From NCBI GenBank assembly GCA_036270055.1, contig DATBDG010000155.1, positions 13,863 through 77,862 of the forward strand: DNA of 64,000 bases, written 5' to 3'. The stretch comes from Chthoniobacterales bacterium (GTDB taxonomy: Bacteria > Verrucomicrobiota > Verrucomicrobiia > Chthoniobacterales > UBA10450). The number at the start of each line of letters is the position of its first letter. Positions within the stretch are counted from its first letter, which is position 1. Positions 1 to 9,192 of the stretch are shown in pieces. Under the pieces are notes generated by a model that was given only the letters and a program-made list of their open reading frames with translations, was not told the DNA's origin and did not search any database. The position numbers and the translations under genes were made by a program.

Positions 1-676
1 ACGATGGCCTCCTCCAGATTGTTGCCTGGCGCGATGGCAGTGCCCTGGATCGCGACCAGCTGCGTGCTTTGCCAGTTATCGTTCGCCGCGAGAACGCTTC
101 CGTGTTGGCATCGTGAAATCCACTTGCGGATCGGGCAGCACATTGGAAACGCCCCGAATTGCAACCGCAGGCGCTGAGGCCGGGCAGATCGAAAAGAAAG
201 TCTGCGGCTGCCTCGCAACTGGCCGCGGCGTCGATGACGAAGTTGCAGCCGATGGAGGAGATCATCGCCCTGCTCCATGGCGCGCGATCGCTTCGCCGCA
301 ATCCTGATCGGGTTTATCGCGGCCCTCGCGCTCGCAGTGGCGACGATCGGGATTTACAGCGTGATGGATTATGCCGTCTCGGAGCGCATCCGCGAGATCG
401 GCATTCATTTTACCCTGGGCGCACAACGCCGCGACGTTTTCTGGCAAATGATGACGCACGGAATGACCCTCGTCCCCGCGGGGTGGTGATTGGCGCACGT
501 TTGACCTTGGCTTTGCCCGACTCCTGACCGGGCTGCTTTTCGGCATCCGCGCGACTGATCCGGTGATCGTGGCCGGCGCGATTCTGCTCCTCATTACGGT
601 TGCCCTGTTGGCCAATTATTTTCCGCCGCGCCGAGCAACCAAGATCGCACCTCAGGTGGCTTTGAGCTACGAATGA
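1..676 (+). pseudogene. Degraded 3' part of an FtsX/MacB-type (ADOP-like) ABC transporter permease, broken by several frameshifts. The 5' end lies outside the window.
   Basis: The family-typical C-terminal sequence is split over three frames. First ..PMEEIIA in the frame of ORF 159..527. Then ARDRFAAILIGFIAALALAVATIGIYSVMDYAVSERIREIGIHFTLGAQRRDVFWQMMTHGMTLVPAG in ORF 277..489 (stop 487-489). Then GVVIGARLTLAL back in the 159..527 frame (stop 525-527). Then ARLLTGLLFGIRATDPVIVAGAILLLITVALLANYFPPRRATKIAPQVALSYE* ending at TGA 674-676. The intact paralogue at 42796..44013 ends ..PIEALRYE. Confidence 0.55.
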
Positions 677-720
677 TGCCCCGAGATGAAAGTCATCTCG
701 GACCACTTCCCCTAACGAAA

Positions 721-3081
721 CTAGCGCGAGGGCTCGTAGTCTTCGGGCTGCGCTTGTGATTGGCCTTGTGGTTGCGGCGGTTGCTCGCCACCCGCGCGCG
801 GCTCGTCGTAGCGATGCTCACGATCCCGGCCACGACCACCACCACCACCGCGACCCCCGCGGCGATCGCCGCGGTCGCCACGGTCGCGGCGATGTCCGCC
901 GCCGTCGTCGGAGCGGTGTTCGCCGCCACCCTCGCCTTCACCTTCCTCGCCGATCGGCGCGCCGGTTTCGACTTCGCCGCGTTCTTTGAGCGCCGCTTTG
1001 CGCGATAGTTTCACCCGGCCCTTGTCGTCGATGCCGATGCATTTCACCCAGATCATCTCGCCGATCTTGGCCACGTCTTCGGTGCGGCGGACACGGAAAT
1101 CGGCCAGCTCGGAGATGTGAACGAGGCCGTCCTTGCCTGGGAACACTTCCACGAAAGCTCCGAACTCCTTGATCGAAACGACCCGACCGTGATAGGTCTG
1201 GCCGACTTCGATTTCCTTCGTCATGCCGCCGATGATTTCCTTGGCCCGCGCCATCGACTCGCCGCTCGTGGCGTAGATGTGGACGGAGCCGTCGTCTTCG
1301 ATGTTAATCTCGGCGCCGGTCTCAGCCACGATGCCCTTGATCGTCTTGCCACCGGGCCCGATGAGGGCGCCGATCTTCTCCGGATTGATTTTAATCGTCT
1401 CGATCCGGGGCGCGTATTTGCTCAACTCCGGCCGTGGGGCGGCCAGCGCTTCGGCCATGATGCCGAGGATTTTTGTGCGCGCGTCTTTGGCCCGGTGGAC
1501 CGCTTCGGCCAGAATCTTGTGGCTGACTCCGGGAAGTTTCAGGTCGAGCTGGAATCCGGTCACTCCGTCCTTGGTTCCGCAAAGTTTAAAATCCATGTCT
1601 CCGAAATGATCTTCGGAGCCGATGATGTCGGTCAGGAGATTGTAGCGCTTGAGGTTGCCGCTCTCGTCGTTCTCGGTCACGAGCCCGACGGAAATGCCGG
1701 CGACCGGGGTCGAGATTGGAACCCCCGCGTCCATTAAGGCGAGCATGCCGGAACAGACGCTCGCCATCGAGGTCGAGCCATTGGATTCCATCACTTCGCT
1801 CGTGATGCGGATCGCATAACGAAAATCTTCCTCCTTCGGCACGACCGGCTCGACGGAACGCTCCGCGAGCGCGCCGTGACCGATCTCGCGCCGGCTCGCG
1901 CCGCCGAAACGGCCAGTCTCGCCCACACTGAAAGGCGGGAAATTGTAGTGGAGCAGGAAGCGTTTCGATTGTTCGCCGCCACCGTAGGCGTCGATCATCT
2001 GCGCTTCTTCGATCGGAGCGAGGGTGGCGAGCGCCATCGCCTGGGTCTCGCCGCGTTGGAAAATCGCGGAACCGTGCGCGCGCGGCAGGACGCCGACTTC
2101 GCAGGTGATCTGGCGCAGATCGTCGTAGCCGCGACCGTCGACCCGCTTTTGTTTGTCGAGGATGTTGCCCCGGAACGATTTTTTCTGAATGTAATCGAAA
2201 GCCTGGTTGATGGAGAATTTGTCCGCCTCGGGAAATTTCTCGAGCACCGCCGCTTTGACTTCATCGCGCAGGCCGTTGACCGCCTTGCTCCGGGCCACTT
2301 TGCCTTCCGTGTAGAGCGCGGCTTCGATGCGATCACCCGCCACGCGGTCGGCAATTTCGAGCATCTCGGGATTAACTTCCAGGAGCGGCATCTCCCGCTT
2401 CGGCTTGCCGACCTGGGCCGCGAGTTCCTTCTGGATGCGGATCATTTCGCGTGCGTGGCCATGGGCGAACTCGATCGCTTTGATGAACTCGTCTTCCGGC
2501 AATTGGTTGGCCGCGCCTTCGATCATGATGACGTCGTTCTCCGTCCCAACGTAAACGAGATCGAGATCGCTCTGCCCGCGCTCGTCATGAGTCGGGTTGG
2601 CGATGAATCCGCCGTTCACCCGGCCGATCCGAACCGCGCCAATCGGCCCCTTGAATGGAATGTCGGAAACGCAAAGCGCGGCCGAAGCGCCGTTGATCGC
2701 GAGAATGTCGGGATCGTTCTGGCCATCGGCACTGAGGAGAATGCTGATGACCTGGGTGTCGTAAAGGTAGCCGGAGGGAAAGAGCGGCCGGAGCGGCCGG
2801 TCGGTCATGCGCGAGGTGAGCGTTTCCTTTTCGCTCGGGCGCCCTTCGCGTTTGAAATAGCCGCCGGGGAATTTCCCGACCGCGGCCGCCTTTTCCCGGT
2901 AATCGACTGTGAGCGGGAAAAAATCCTGCCCTTCCTTGATCGTGGTGGCCGAGACCGCGCTGGTCAGGACGATGGTTTCGCCGCAGGAAACGATGACGGA
3001 GCCGTCGGCAAGTTTGGCAATTTTGCCGGTTTCAATATTGATTTGCGTGGACCCGATTTGGGCCGTGACCTTGTGTTGCAT
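721..3081 (-). CDS. pnp: Polyribonucleotide nucleotidyltransferase (PNPase) with an about 83-aa Gly/Arg/Asp-rich C-terminal extension
   Basis: ORF 721..3120. Two RNase PH-like domains, KH and S1 are recognisable (..[11 protein letters not shown].., ..FGDMDFK.., ..[17 protein letters not shown]..). The ATG at 3081 ([10 protein letters not shown]..) is preferred over the upstream GTG at 3120. Stop is TAG. Confidence 0.95.
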   Translation of the reverse strand: MQHKVTAQIGSTQINIETGKIAKLADGSVIVSCGETIVLTSAVSATTIKEGQDFFPLTVDYREKAAAVGKFPGGYFKREGRPSEKETLTSRMTDRPLRPLFPSGYLYDTQVISILLSADGQNDPDILAINGASAALCVSDIPFKGPIGAVRIGRVNGGFIANPTHDERGQSDLDLVYVGTENDVIMIEGAANQLPEDEFIKAIEFAHGHAREMIRIQKELAAQVGKPKREMPLLEVNPEMLEIADRVAGDRIEAALYTEGKVARSKAVNGLRDEVKAAVLEKFPEADKFSINQAFDYIQKKSFRGNILDKQKRVDGRGYDDLRQITCEVGVLPRAHGSAIFQRGETQAMALATLAPIEEAQMIDAYGGGEQSKRFLLHYNFPPFSVGETGRFGGASRREIGHGALAERSVEPVVPKEEDFRYAIRITSEVMESNGSTSMASVCSGMLALMDAGVPISTPVAGISVGLVTENDESGNLKRYNLLTDIIGSEDHFGDMDFKLCGTKDGVTGFQLDLKLPGVSHKILAEAVHRAKDARTKILGIMAEALAAPRPELSKYAPRIETIKINPEKIGALIGPGGKTIKGIVAETGAEINIEDDGSVHIYATSGESMARAKEIIGGMTKEIEVGQTYHGRVVSIKEFGAFVEVFPGKDGLVHISELADFRVRRTEDVAKIGEMIWVKCIGIDDKGRVKLSRKAALKERGEVETGAPIGEEGEGEGGGEHRSDDGGGHRRDRGDRGDRRGGRGGGGGRGRDREHRYDEPRAGGEQPPQPQGQSQAQPEDYEPSR

Positions 3082-3276
3082 AGCTTGGATTTCTGGATGT
3101 GCGAAACCCAGGCCGGTCACCCTGATTGTAGGTTTTAGATCCGCGGCGCGGCGAAGCTAAAACCTATACTCAAGGTGCACAGACGGCCTGGTCGCCGGTT
3201 GTGTTACTTGGTTTACGCCATGGCTCAAGCGGCGCGCGATGAACGCGAGCGGCGCCAGAGATTGAGCAGCTGCGGG

Positions 3277-3540
3277 TTATTTCCGCAGGTTCAACTTCTC
3301 GATCACCTGCTTGTAGCGATCGTTTTTCGACCGGCTGAGATAATCGAGAAGGCTTCGGCGCGTGGCGACCATCTTGAGGAGGCCGCGGCGCGAGGAATGA
3401 TCTTTGGCGTGACTCTTCAGGTGTTCGGTGAGCTGCGAGATCCGGCGGGTCAAAAGTGCAACCTGCACATCGGCGCTGCCGGTGTCTTTCTCGTGGAGCT
3501 GGAACTCCTTCATGTCCATCGTGTCACTACTTTCTGCCAT
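3277..3540 (-). CDS. rpsO: 30S ribosomal protein S15
   Basis: [68 protein letters not shown].. is classic S15. Internal ATG at 3540 of ORF 3277..3750. Canonical rpsO-pnp arrangement. Confidence 0.95.
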   Translation of the reverse strand: MAESSDTMDMKEFQLHEKDTGSADVQVALLTRRISQLTEHLKSHAKDHSSRRGLLKMVATRRSLLDYLSRSKNDRYKQVIEKLNLRK

Positions 3541-3676
3541 AAACGAAGCGGGACAGTAGATGAACTTCGCCGAATCGCAAGTGACGGCAGCGGGTCGGAA
3601 AATCGGACGCGCCTCGGACGGCTCGTGCACTTCACCTCCAGCGTAGCGTCCAGCCGCCAGACAAATCGGCCGCGCC

Positions 3677-4318
3677 TTATTTGCCGTCAGTCCCGAAAGG
3701 ATGCGGGGCGGCCCCTGCATTCTGCATATGGCGAATGTCATTCCCGGCATCTTTCATGTTTTGTTCGCGCCGACGGTCATTCCGCGCGTCCGCGTAGAGG
3801 ATCGCGTTCGAGGCCGCTTTCGCGCGCGCCTGGATCGACTCGGGATTGATATGGAGTTGCCGCGACAAGGCGCCCCACGATTTCACTTTTTCCCGCAGCG
3901 CCAGGATATCGGCCAGACTTTTCCCGCTCCCCTCGGCGACCGAGTTCGCGACGAGCAGCTCGCCGTAACTCAAATGGGTCTGAGCCTGCTGTTCGATCAA
4001 AGTCCGGATTCGGACCTTGGTCTGCCACGCCACGGCTGTCGGCACCAAGCCAACCCCACGCACTGTCTTGCCCCCTTGTTCGTCCAGATAGTAGATGGCA
4101 TTGCGGAAGGCAAAGGTATCCTGCCCGAGAGTCCTGGCCTGGATGGTCGTCACACCGGAATCAGTATACCCGCCGCCAATCAAACTCCCGGCCTTCGGTG
4201 TGACCCAAACGGTTGACTCCTTATTCTTCGATTGAGCTGGCGCTTGGGCCTGAGCCGGGACGCCAGAAAAGAGCACGAGCACCGCGAACACGATAAGGAA
4301 CCGGCACGCTGTTTTCAT
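3677..4318 (-). CDS. Hypothetical secreted protein (N-terminal signal peptide)
   Basis: ORF with [26 protein letters not shown] signal-like N-terminus. No family recognised. Confidence 0.6.
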   Translation of the reverse strand: MKTACRFLIVFAVLVLFSGVPAQAQAPAQSKNKESTVWVTPKAGSLIGGGYTDSGVTTIQARTLGQDTFAFRNAIYYLDEQGGKTVRGVGLVPTAVAWQTKVRIRTLIEQQAQTHLSYGELLVANSVAEGSGKSLADILALREKVKSWGALSRQLHINPESIQARAKAASNAILYADARNDRRREQNMKDAGNDIRHMQNAGAAPHPFGTDGK

Positions 4319-4335
4319 GTCTGGAATTTACGGCC

Positions 4336-4875
4336 TCAGGGCCCTGCAAGACAAGGCTGGAAGTCGAGAATACTTTGCCCAAACAACGGCAGGTTTTGTT
4401 CAAGAGTGGCGCCATTCTTCGTGTCTTTCGCACGACGCAGCGCATCGATCTGCTCTTCCCTCACCTCGTCCGGCGCGCGGGTCAGGGTGCACGCATACTC
4501 GAGAATCGCCCTCTCACGCCGGTCGAAAACTTCCGTCAGGGCGCCGGTTTCGAGAGCTTTTCGGATCGCGCCCGACTTTGCGTCGTCGCCCAGGAGTCGG
4601 CGCTAACCTGTGCAGTGATGCTCGACGCAATAGCCACACCCATTGAGCAGGCTGACGTAAATCCCGATCACTTCGAGCAGCCATTCCAGGAGCGAATTTC
4701 CCCGATGATGCAGCACATTTTTATAAAGCGCCATGTGCGCTTCGAGCGTGTGCGGACGCAGACTATGGATCTGCAAAACGTTGTCGACATAACCGTCCGG
4801 CCCGGCAATTCGCCGGTAAATATCGCGCAACGATTCTTCCGCTTCTCCGGGCTTGATGACGCGAATCCAACTCAT
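4336..4875 (-). pseudogene. Carboxymuconolactone decarboxylase (CMD)/AhpD-like peroxidase-related gene interrupted by an in-frame TAG
   Basis: ORF 4603..4875 ends ..LLNGCGYCVEHHCTG-TAG (stop at 4603-4605). The same frame continues without further stops: RRLLGDDAKSGAIRKALETGALTEVFDRRERAILEYACTLTRAPDEVREEQIDALRRAKD.. to TGA at 4336-4338. Total 180 codons, the normal size and motif order (CxxC..HH..GL..LL) for this family. Confidence 0.6.
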
Positions 4876-4897
4876 CGGTCGTCACTCATCAATTCCC

Positions 4898-5500
4898 TCA
4901 CATCCGGCCGCGCCGCTGATAAAAGTGATACCGACTGAGGATTGATTCGACGTAGCGCTTCGTGCCGGGGAAATCGATGTTCTTTTGAAAGGCACCGGGA
5001 GAGATCGGCTTTTTTCCGTCGCCCCCGGCCCAGCGCTGGGCGCGGCTCGCCCCGGCGTTGTATTCCGCGAGCGCGAACGGCGTTGGATCGCGCGCTTTTT
5101 CCCAGTGCAACATGGCGCGGTGCAGATACCAGGCACCCGCTTCCAGGTTTGTCTTCGGATCGAATAACTCCTCGACCCGGAAATTTTCCAGCTGATGTTC
5201 CTCGGCCCATTCGCGCGCCGCGATCTCGCTCACTTGCATCAGCCCGCGTTCGCCGGCCCCGCCCAGCTTTTGCGGATCGAAGCGGCTCTCCCGCCAGATG
5301 ACCGCCTTGACGAGCATCGGATCGAGCTGGTTCGCAGTCGAAACGACGTGGATAAGTTGATCGTATTGCTGAAAACGGGCCGGGCTGAGCCATTCGTAAA
5401 GGGTGTAAAGCGGATCCCCCGAGCGCCAGGCGAGGAGCCCGATCCCAACCACCGCCGCCAGCAGCACGCAGATGATGAACTTAAAGAGAAACCGAATCAT
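4898..5500 (-). CDS. Lytic transglycosylase (SLT domain), membrane anchored
   Basis: N-terminal TM segment, then ..MLVKAVIWRESRFDPQKLGGAGERGLMQV..AGAWYL..YNAG.. SLT catalytic motifs. Confidence 0.8.
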   Translation of the reverse strand: MIRFLFKFIICVLLAAVVGIGLLAWRSGDPLYTLYEWLSPARFQQYDQLIHVVSTANQLDPMLVKAVIWRESRFDPQKLGGAGERGLMQVSEIAAREWAEEHQLENFRVEELFDPKTNLEAGAWYLHRAMLHWEKARDPTPFALAEYNAGASRAQRWAGGDGKKPISPGAFQKNIDFPGTKRYVESILSRYHFYQRRGRM

Positions 5501-5659
5501 GGGTTCAGCTATGTGGGAGGAGCTTTGCGCCCCGATCGGCCGGACCGCGCAACCGATCGCCGCACAAAGGCACGAAAAATCGGCCGCTGGATAAGTTGGC
5601 TGGCGCGCGGAAAGTCACGGCCAGAATCAATTCACGCAAGATCGGCGTGAGCAATCAAA

Positions 5660-7885
5660 ATGTCCGCCTTTGTCCGAGTCGTGATCGATCGCTCCATCCG
5701 GCGCGAGCTGGATTACAGCGTGCCTGAGACCATGGCCGACAAAGCGGTCGTCGGCTCCCGCGTCCGCGTCCCCTTTCGCGACAAATCGCTCCTGGCCACG
5801 GTGGTCGCGACCCTCGAGGAAAGTTCGGCGAGCGGGATCAAGCCGATCCTGGCATTGTTAGGCGAAAAGCCCGTTCTGAGCCCGTCTCTGATCGACCTCG
5901 CCCGCTGGATGGCGAGTTATTACTGTTGCCCGCTCGAGACCGTGATGCGGAGTCTCCTCCCGCAGGTCATCCGGAAAGCCGAGGTCGGCTGGAAAAAACA
6001 GCTTTTCGTTAGTCCGGCGCGCGCCGCGAATGCGGAGGAGATCGAGAAGCTGCGAAAACGCGCCCCGCGCCAGGCCGAGCTGCTCGAAGCGATCGCGCAA
6101 CTTTCGGAGCCAATTGCCGCCGCCGATCTCCTGCGCCAGACCTCGCTCGAGAACGGAACTCTCCGCGCGCTCGTGAAACGCGGCTTTGCGGAGCTGCGCG
6201 AGCAGGCCGTCGCGCGCGATCCGCACGCCGCCGAGCAGTTCATCGCCGACACTGAGCTGGCGATGAACGAGGAGCAGACCGCGGCCCTCAGGCTGGTCGA
6301 GACCGCGCTCGAAGATCCGCAAACGCATCCGCCGATCCTGCTCCACGGCGTGACCGGGAGCGGCAAAACGGAGGTTTACCTGCAAGCCATCCGCGCCACT
6401 CTCGCCCGCGGCAAAACCGCCATCGTGCTCGTCCCGGAAATTTCCCTCACCCCACAGACGGTCGAGCGTTTCAAGAACCGTTTCGCCGCCCAACCCGACA
6501 GGGTCGCGGTCCTCCACAGCCATCTCTCGGAAGGCGAGCGACACGACGAATGGCACAAGCTGCATGCCGGCCGGGCCCAGATCGTGATCGGCGCCCGCAG
6601 CGCGATTTTCGCGCCCCTCGAAAACCTTGGGCTGATCGTGGTCGATGAAGAACACGAGACCTCCTACAAGCAGGAGGAAGCGCCTCGCTATCATGCCCGC
6701 GATGTCGCTGTCGTTAGGGCAAAGCTCGAAAAATGCGCCGTCGTTCTCGGGACCGCCACCCCGTCGCTCGAGAGTTATCACAACGCCACCCGCGGGAAAT
6801 ACGTCCTGAGCACCCTGACCCAGCGGGTCGATCAATGCCAGATGCCGCTCATCCGCATCGTCGATCTGCGCCAGGAACGCCGGAAAGAAAAAGCCGCCGC
6901 CATTTTGTCGGAGAAACTCCGCACTGCGATGGAGGATCGCCTAACGAAAAAGGAACAGACCATCCTCTTCCTCAATCGCCGCGGCTTTTCCACCTCGCTC
7001 CTCTGCAGCAATTGCGGAAAAGCGCGCGAATGTCCAAATTGCAGCGTCGCCCTCACCTTCCACCGCACGAACGCCCGGCTCAGTTGCCACCTCTGCGGCC
7101 ACAGCGCAGCCGTTCCCGAGCGCTGCCCCGAATGCCACCAAGACGCCCTCATCTACGCCGGTTTCGGGACCGAGAAAGTGGAGGCGAACGTCTCCGCCAT
7201 TTTCCCCAAAGCCGTCGTTAGAAGAATGGACGCCGATTCCATGTCGCGGAAGGACGCGTACCGCGAAACGCTCCATGCTTTTCGCGCCGGCAAGATCGAC
7301 ATCCTCGTCGGCACCCAGATGATCGCGAAGGGCCTGCATTTCCCTAACGTCACCCTCGTCGGCATCATCAACGCCGATCTCGCGCTCCACCTCCCGGACT
7401 TCCGGGCGGGGGAACGAACCTTCCAACTCCTCACCCAGGTCGCGGGGCGGGCCGGCCGGGGCGAAGAACCAGGCGAAGTCTTTGTCCAGACCTACACCCC
7501 GTTTTCACCTTCCATCCAATTTGCGCGTCACCACGATTTCGCCGGTTACTTCGAGCAGGAGCTGGAATTCCGGGAGCGGTGCGATTTTCCACCGTTTAAG
7601 CACGCCGTCCTCATCACCGTGCGCTCCGAGCACGAAGCGCGCGCCGGGTTTTCCGCCGAGACGCTGGCGCGGCGGCTCGGTGAAGCGCTCCCCGGGAAAT
7701 ACACCCTCAGCGCGCCCGCGCCCGCGCCGCTTGAAAAGCTCCAGGGCCATTATCGGTTCCACATTTTGCTCCGCGGCGCGGGGATCGTCAGGCTAAGCCG
7801 CCTCATTCGCGAAACGCTTGACCAGCTTCCGTTCCCCGAAGATGTCTTCGTCGCGGTTGACGTCGATCCGTATCAATTGCTCTAG
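5660..7885 (+). CDS. priA: Primosomal protein N' (replication restart helicase PriA)
   Basis: 741 aa. Walker A GVTGSGKTEVY, DEEH box, Cys-rich zinc region (CSNCGKARECPNCSVALTFH..CHLCGH..CPEC), C-terminal helicase motifs. Confidence 0.93.
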   Translation: MSAFVRVVIDRSIRRELDYSVPETMADKAVVGSRVRVPFRDKSLLATVVATLEESSASGIKPILALLGEKPVLSPSLIDLARWMASYYCCPLETVMRSLLPQVIRKAEVGWKKQLFVSPARAANAEEIEKLRKRAPRQAELLEAIAQLSEPIAAADLLRQTSLENGTLRALVKRGFAELREQAVARDPHAAEQFIADTELAMNEEQTAALRLVETALEDPQTHPPILLHGVTGSGKTEVYLQAIRATLARGKTAIVLVPEISLTPQTVERFKNRFAAQPDRVAVLHSHLSEGERHDEWHKLHAGRAQIVIGARSAIFAPLENLGLIVVDEEHETSYKQEEAPRYHARDVAVVRAKLEKCAVVLGTATPSLESYHNATRGKYVLSTLTQRVDQCQMPLIRIVDLRQERRKEKAAAILSEKLRTAMEDRLTKKEQTILFLNRRGFSTSLLCSNCGKARECPNCSVALTFHRTNARLSCHLCGHSAAVPERCPECHQDALIYAGFGTEKVEANVSAIFPKAVVRRMDADSMSRKDAYRETLHAFRAGKIDILVGTQMIAKGLHFPNVTLVGIINADLALHLPDFRAGERTFQLLTQVAGRAGRGEEPGEVFVQTYTPFSPSIQFARHHDFAGYFEQELEFRERCDFPPFKHAVLITVRSEHEARAGFSAETLARRLGEALPGKYTLSAPAPAPLEKLQGHYRFHILLRGAGIVRLSRLIRETLDQLPFPEDVFVAVDVDPYQLL

Positions 7886-7890
7886 CTAGC

Positions 7891-8826
7891 CTAGCCGTCA
7901 TCGGGCTGGGTCATCCCCGGCGATTGCGAGGGAATGGGAAACGTCGGCGCGGGTGGAACGGGACCGAGGGCCGGTGGTGGAGGCGCCGCAGCACCACGCT
8001 GGTAGTATTGCATCCGCGTATCGAGAAAGAGCAGCGCCCAATTCCGCAATGGATTGCCAGCCGAAAGATCGCTGTAATAGCGGCGGGCGTAGCCGATTTT
8101 CTCCTCGCCCGCCTGCGGAAAGTTGTTCATATACTCGGCCGTGCCCCACATCTCCCAGGTAAACCCGACGGTGTAGGCGGTCGCATCATCCCGCGGCTCT
8201 CCCGGCATGACATCGACCGCTTCCTGAAATCTTTTGCGCGCTTCGTCGATGCTGTGAAAAGGGCCGCGCTGCGCGTAAAACATCGCGAGACTGCGCAGGG
8301 CGATCATCTTCGCCAGCGGCTCCTGGCTCACCCCCACGGCATTGCGCAGGTACTCTTCCGCTTTGGCCGTGCCGCCGTTCGCGAGCTTGTCTGTGGCCAG
8401 CACGTTGTACTCGGACGAGGAGACATTGTGCGGGATTTCGCGCACGATATTATCGGCCGCCTCGGCCAGGATCATGCGCCTGTTGTTGATGATGCCGCCG
8501 ATGAACTCGCGCTCCTGGGTCGAGAGCTTTTGCGCTTCGGCCGAAGCCAGCCTGGCCTGCTGCTCGCCGCTCAGATCGATCAAGCTCGAAACAATCGCGC
8601 GCAGCGATTCCTGCTTTTTCTGCACATCCTGTTTTCGCCCCTGCACGCCGCTGTAGATCGCGGTCGAGATCGAAAGGAGGAGAGCGAGGAGCCCGGCCAG
8701 GCTCGGCATCTGCCGATACCAGGGGGTTTTCTTCTCGGCCGCGGCGATCTGGAGGGCATCGACCTGATCGCGTAGGAGCTGGACCGCCTGCTCGAGTTTG
8801 GCGACCTGTTCGGGATCGGTCGGCAT
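7891..8826 (-). CDS. Hypothetical membrane-anchored protein (N-terminal coiled coil, one TM segment, Pro-rich C-terminus)
   Basis: Long ORF with ATG start. No family recognised. Confidence 0.55.
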   Translation of the reverse strand: MPTDPEQVAKLEQAVQLLRDQVDALQIAAAEKKTPWYRQMPSLAGLLALLLSISTAIYSGVQGRKQDVQKKQESLRAIVSSLIDLSGEQQARLASAEAQKLSTQEREFIGGIINNRRMILAEAADNIVREIPHNVSSSEYNVLATDKLANGGTAKAEEYLRNAVGVSQEPLAKMIALRSLAMFYAQRGPFHSIDEARKRFQEAVDVMPGEPRDDATAYTVGFTWEMWGTAEYMNNFPQAGEEKIGYARRYYSDLSAGNPLRNWALLFLDTRMQYYQRGAAAPPPPALGPVPPAPTFPIPSQSPGMTQPDDG

Positions 8827-8847
8827 GGCGCGGAATCGTTAGGCGGG

Positions 8848-9126
8848 TTACGCCACGGTCACACCTTGCCAGAAAGCGACGCGGCCTTTGATGTTGGCGG
8901 CCGCTTCTTTCGGGTCGGGATAATACCAGGCGGCGCCTTGGTTGACCTGGCCATCCACGACCACGTCGTAGTAGCTCGCTTCGCCCTTCCACGGACAATG
9001 GGTATGCCGATCGCTCTCCCCAAGATGCTCGCGCCGAATTGAGTCGGCCGGGAAATAATGGTTGCCTTCCACGACGACGGTGTCGTCGCTCTCGGCAATG
9101 GTGGCGCCGTGCCAGGTGGCTTTCAT
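8848..9126 (-). CDS. DUF427 domain protein
   Basis: MKATWHGATIAESDDTVVVEGNHYFPADSI..CPWKGEASYYDVVVDG..NQGAAWYYPDP is the typical DUF427 pattern. ATG at 9126 inside ORF 8848..9159. Confidence 0.7.
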   Translation of the reverse strand: MKATWHGATIAESDDTVVVEGNHYFPADSIRREHLGESDRHTHCPWKGEASYYDVVVDGQVNQGAAWYYPDPKEAAANIKGRVAFWQGVTVA

Positions 9127-9192
9127 AAATTTTTTTGGTCGCGCCGAGCGGCCAGTCACCGCGGTGGTCGATTGGCCGGCTGGAAGCTTGCG

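Noticed and set aside
693-1008. Low-complexity ORFs (693..941, 756..989, 760..1008) with Ala/Thr/Val or Arg/His runs
   Set aside because: They are alternative-frame or antisense readings of the GGN/CGN-rich DNA encoding the PNPase RGG tail.
1876-3138. 420-aa ORF antisense to pnp. Similar long antisense or out-of-frame ORFs: 9058..10482, 14134..15228, 16040..17476, 18594..19802, 25751..26746, 30631..32088, 32794..33711, 39694..41001, 43264..44325, 44716..46887, 55138..56253, 60173..61066.
   Set aside because: Each overlaps a gene with clear family motifs on the other strand or frame. Their translations are Arg/Gly/Asp/His-rich with no recognisable domains, as expected for stop-poor antisense frames in high-GC DNA. 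ORF 14134..15228 would even run through tRNA-Ser.
4603-4605. Genome-wide TAG reassignment (amber recoding) as the explanation for the in-frame TAG
   Set aside because: TAG clearly terminates well-conserved genes in this window at their expected ends: pnp at 721-723, priA at 7883-7885, nrdJ at 33787-33789, acyl-CoA dehydrogenase at 49571-49573. Global reassignment is therefore not supported. A local nonsense mutation or read-through is more plausible.
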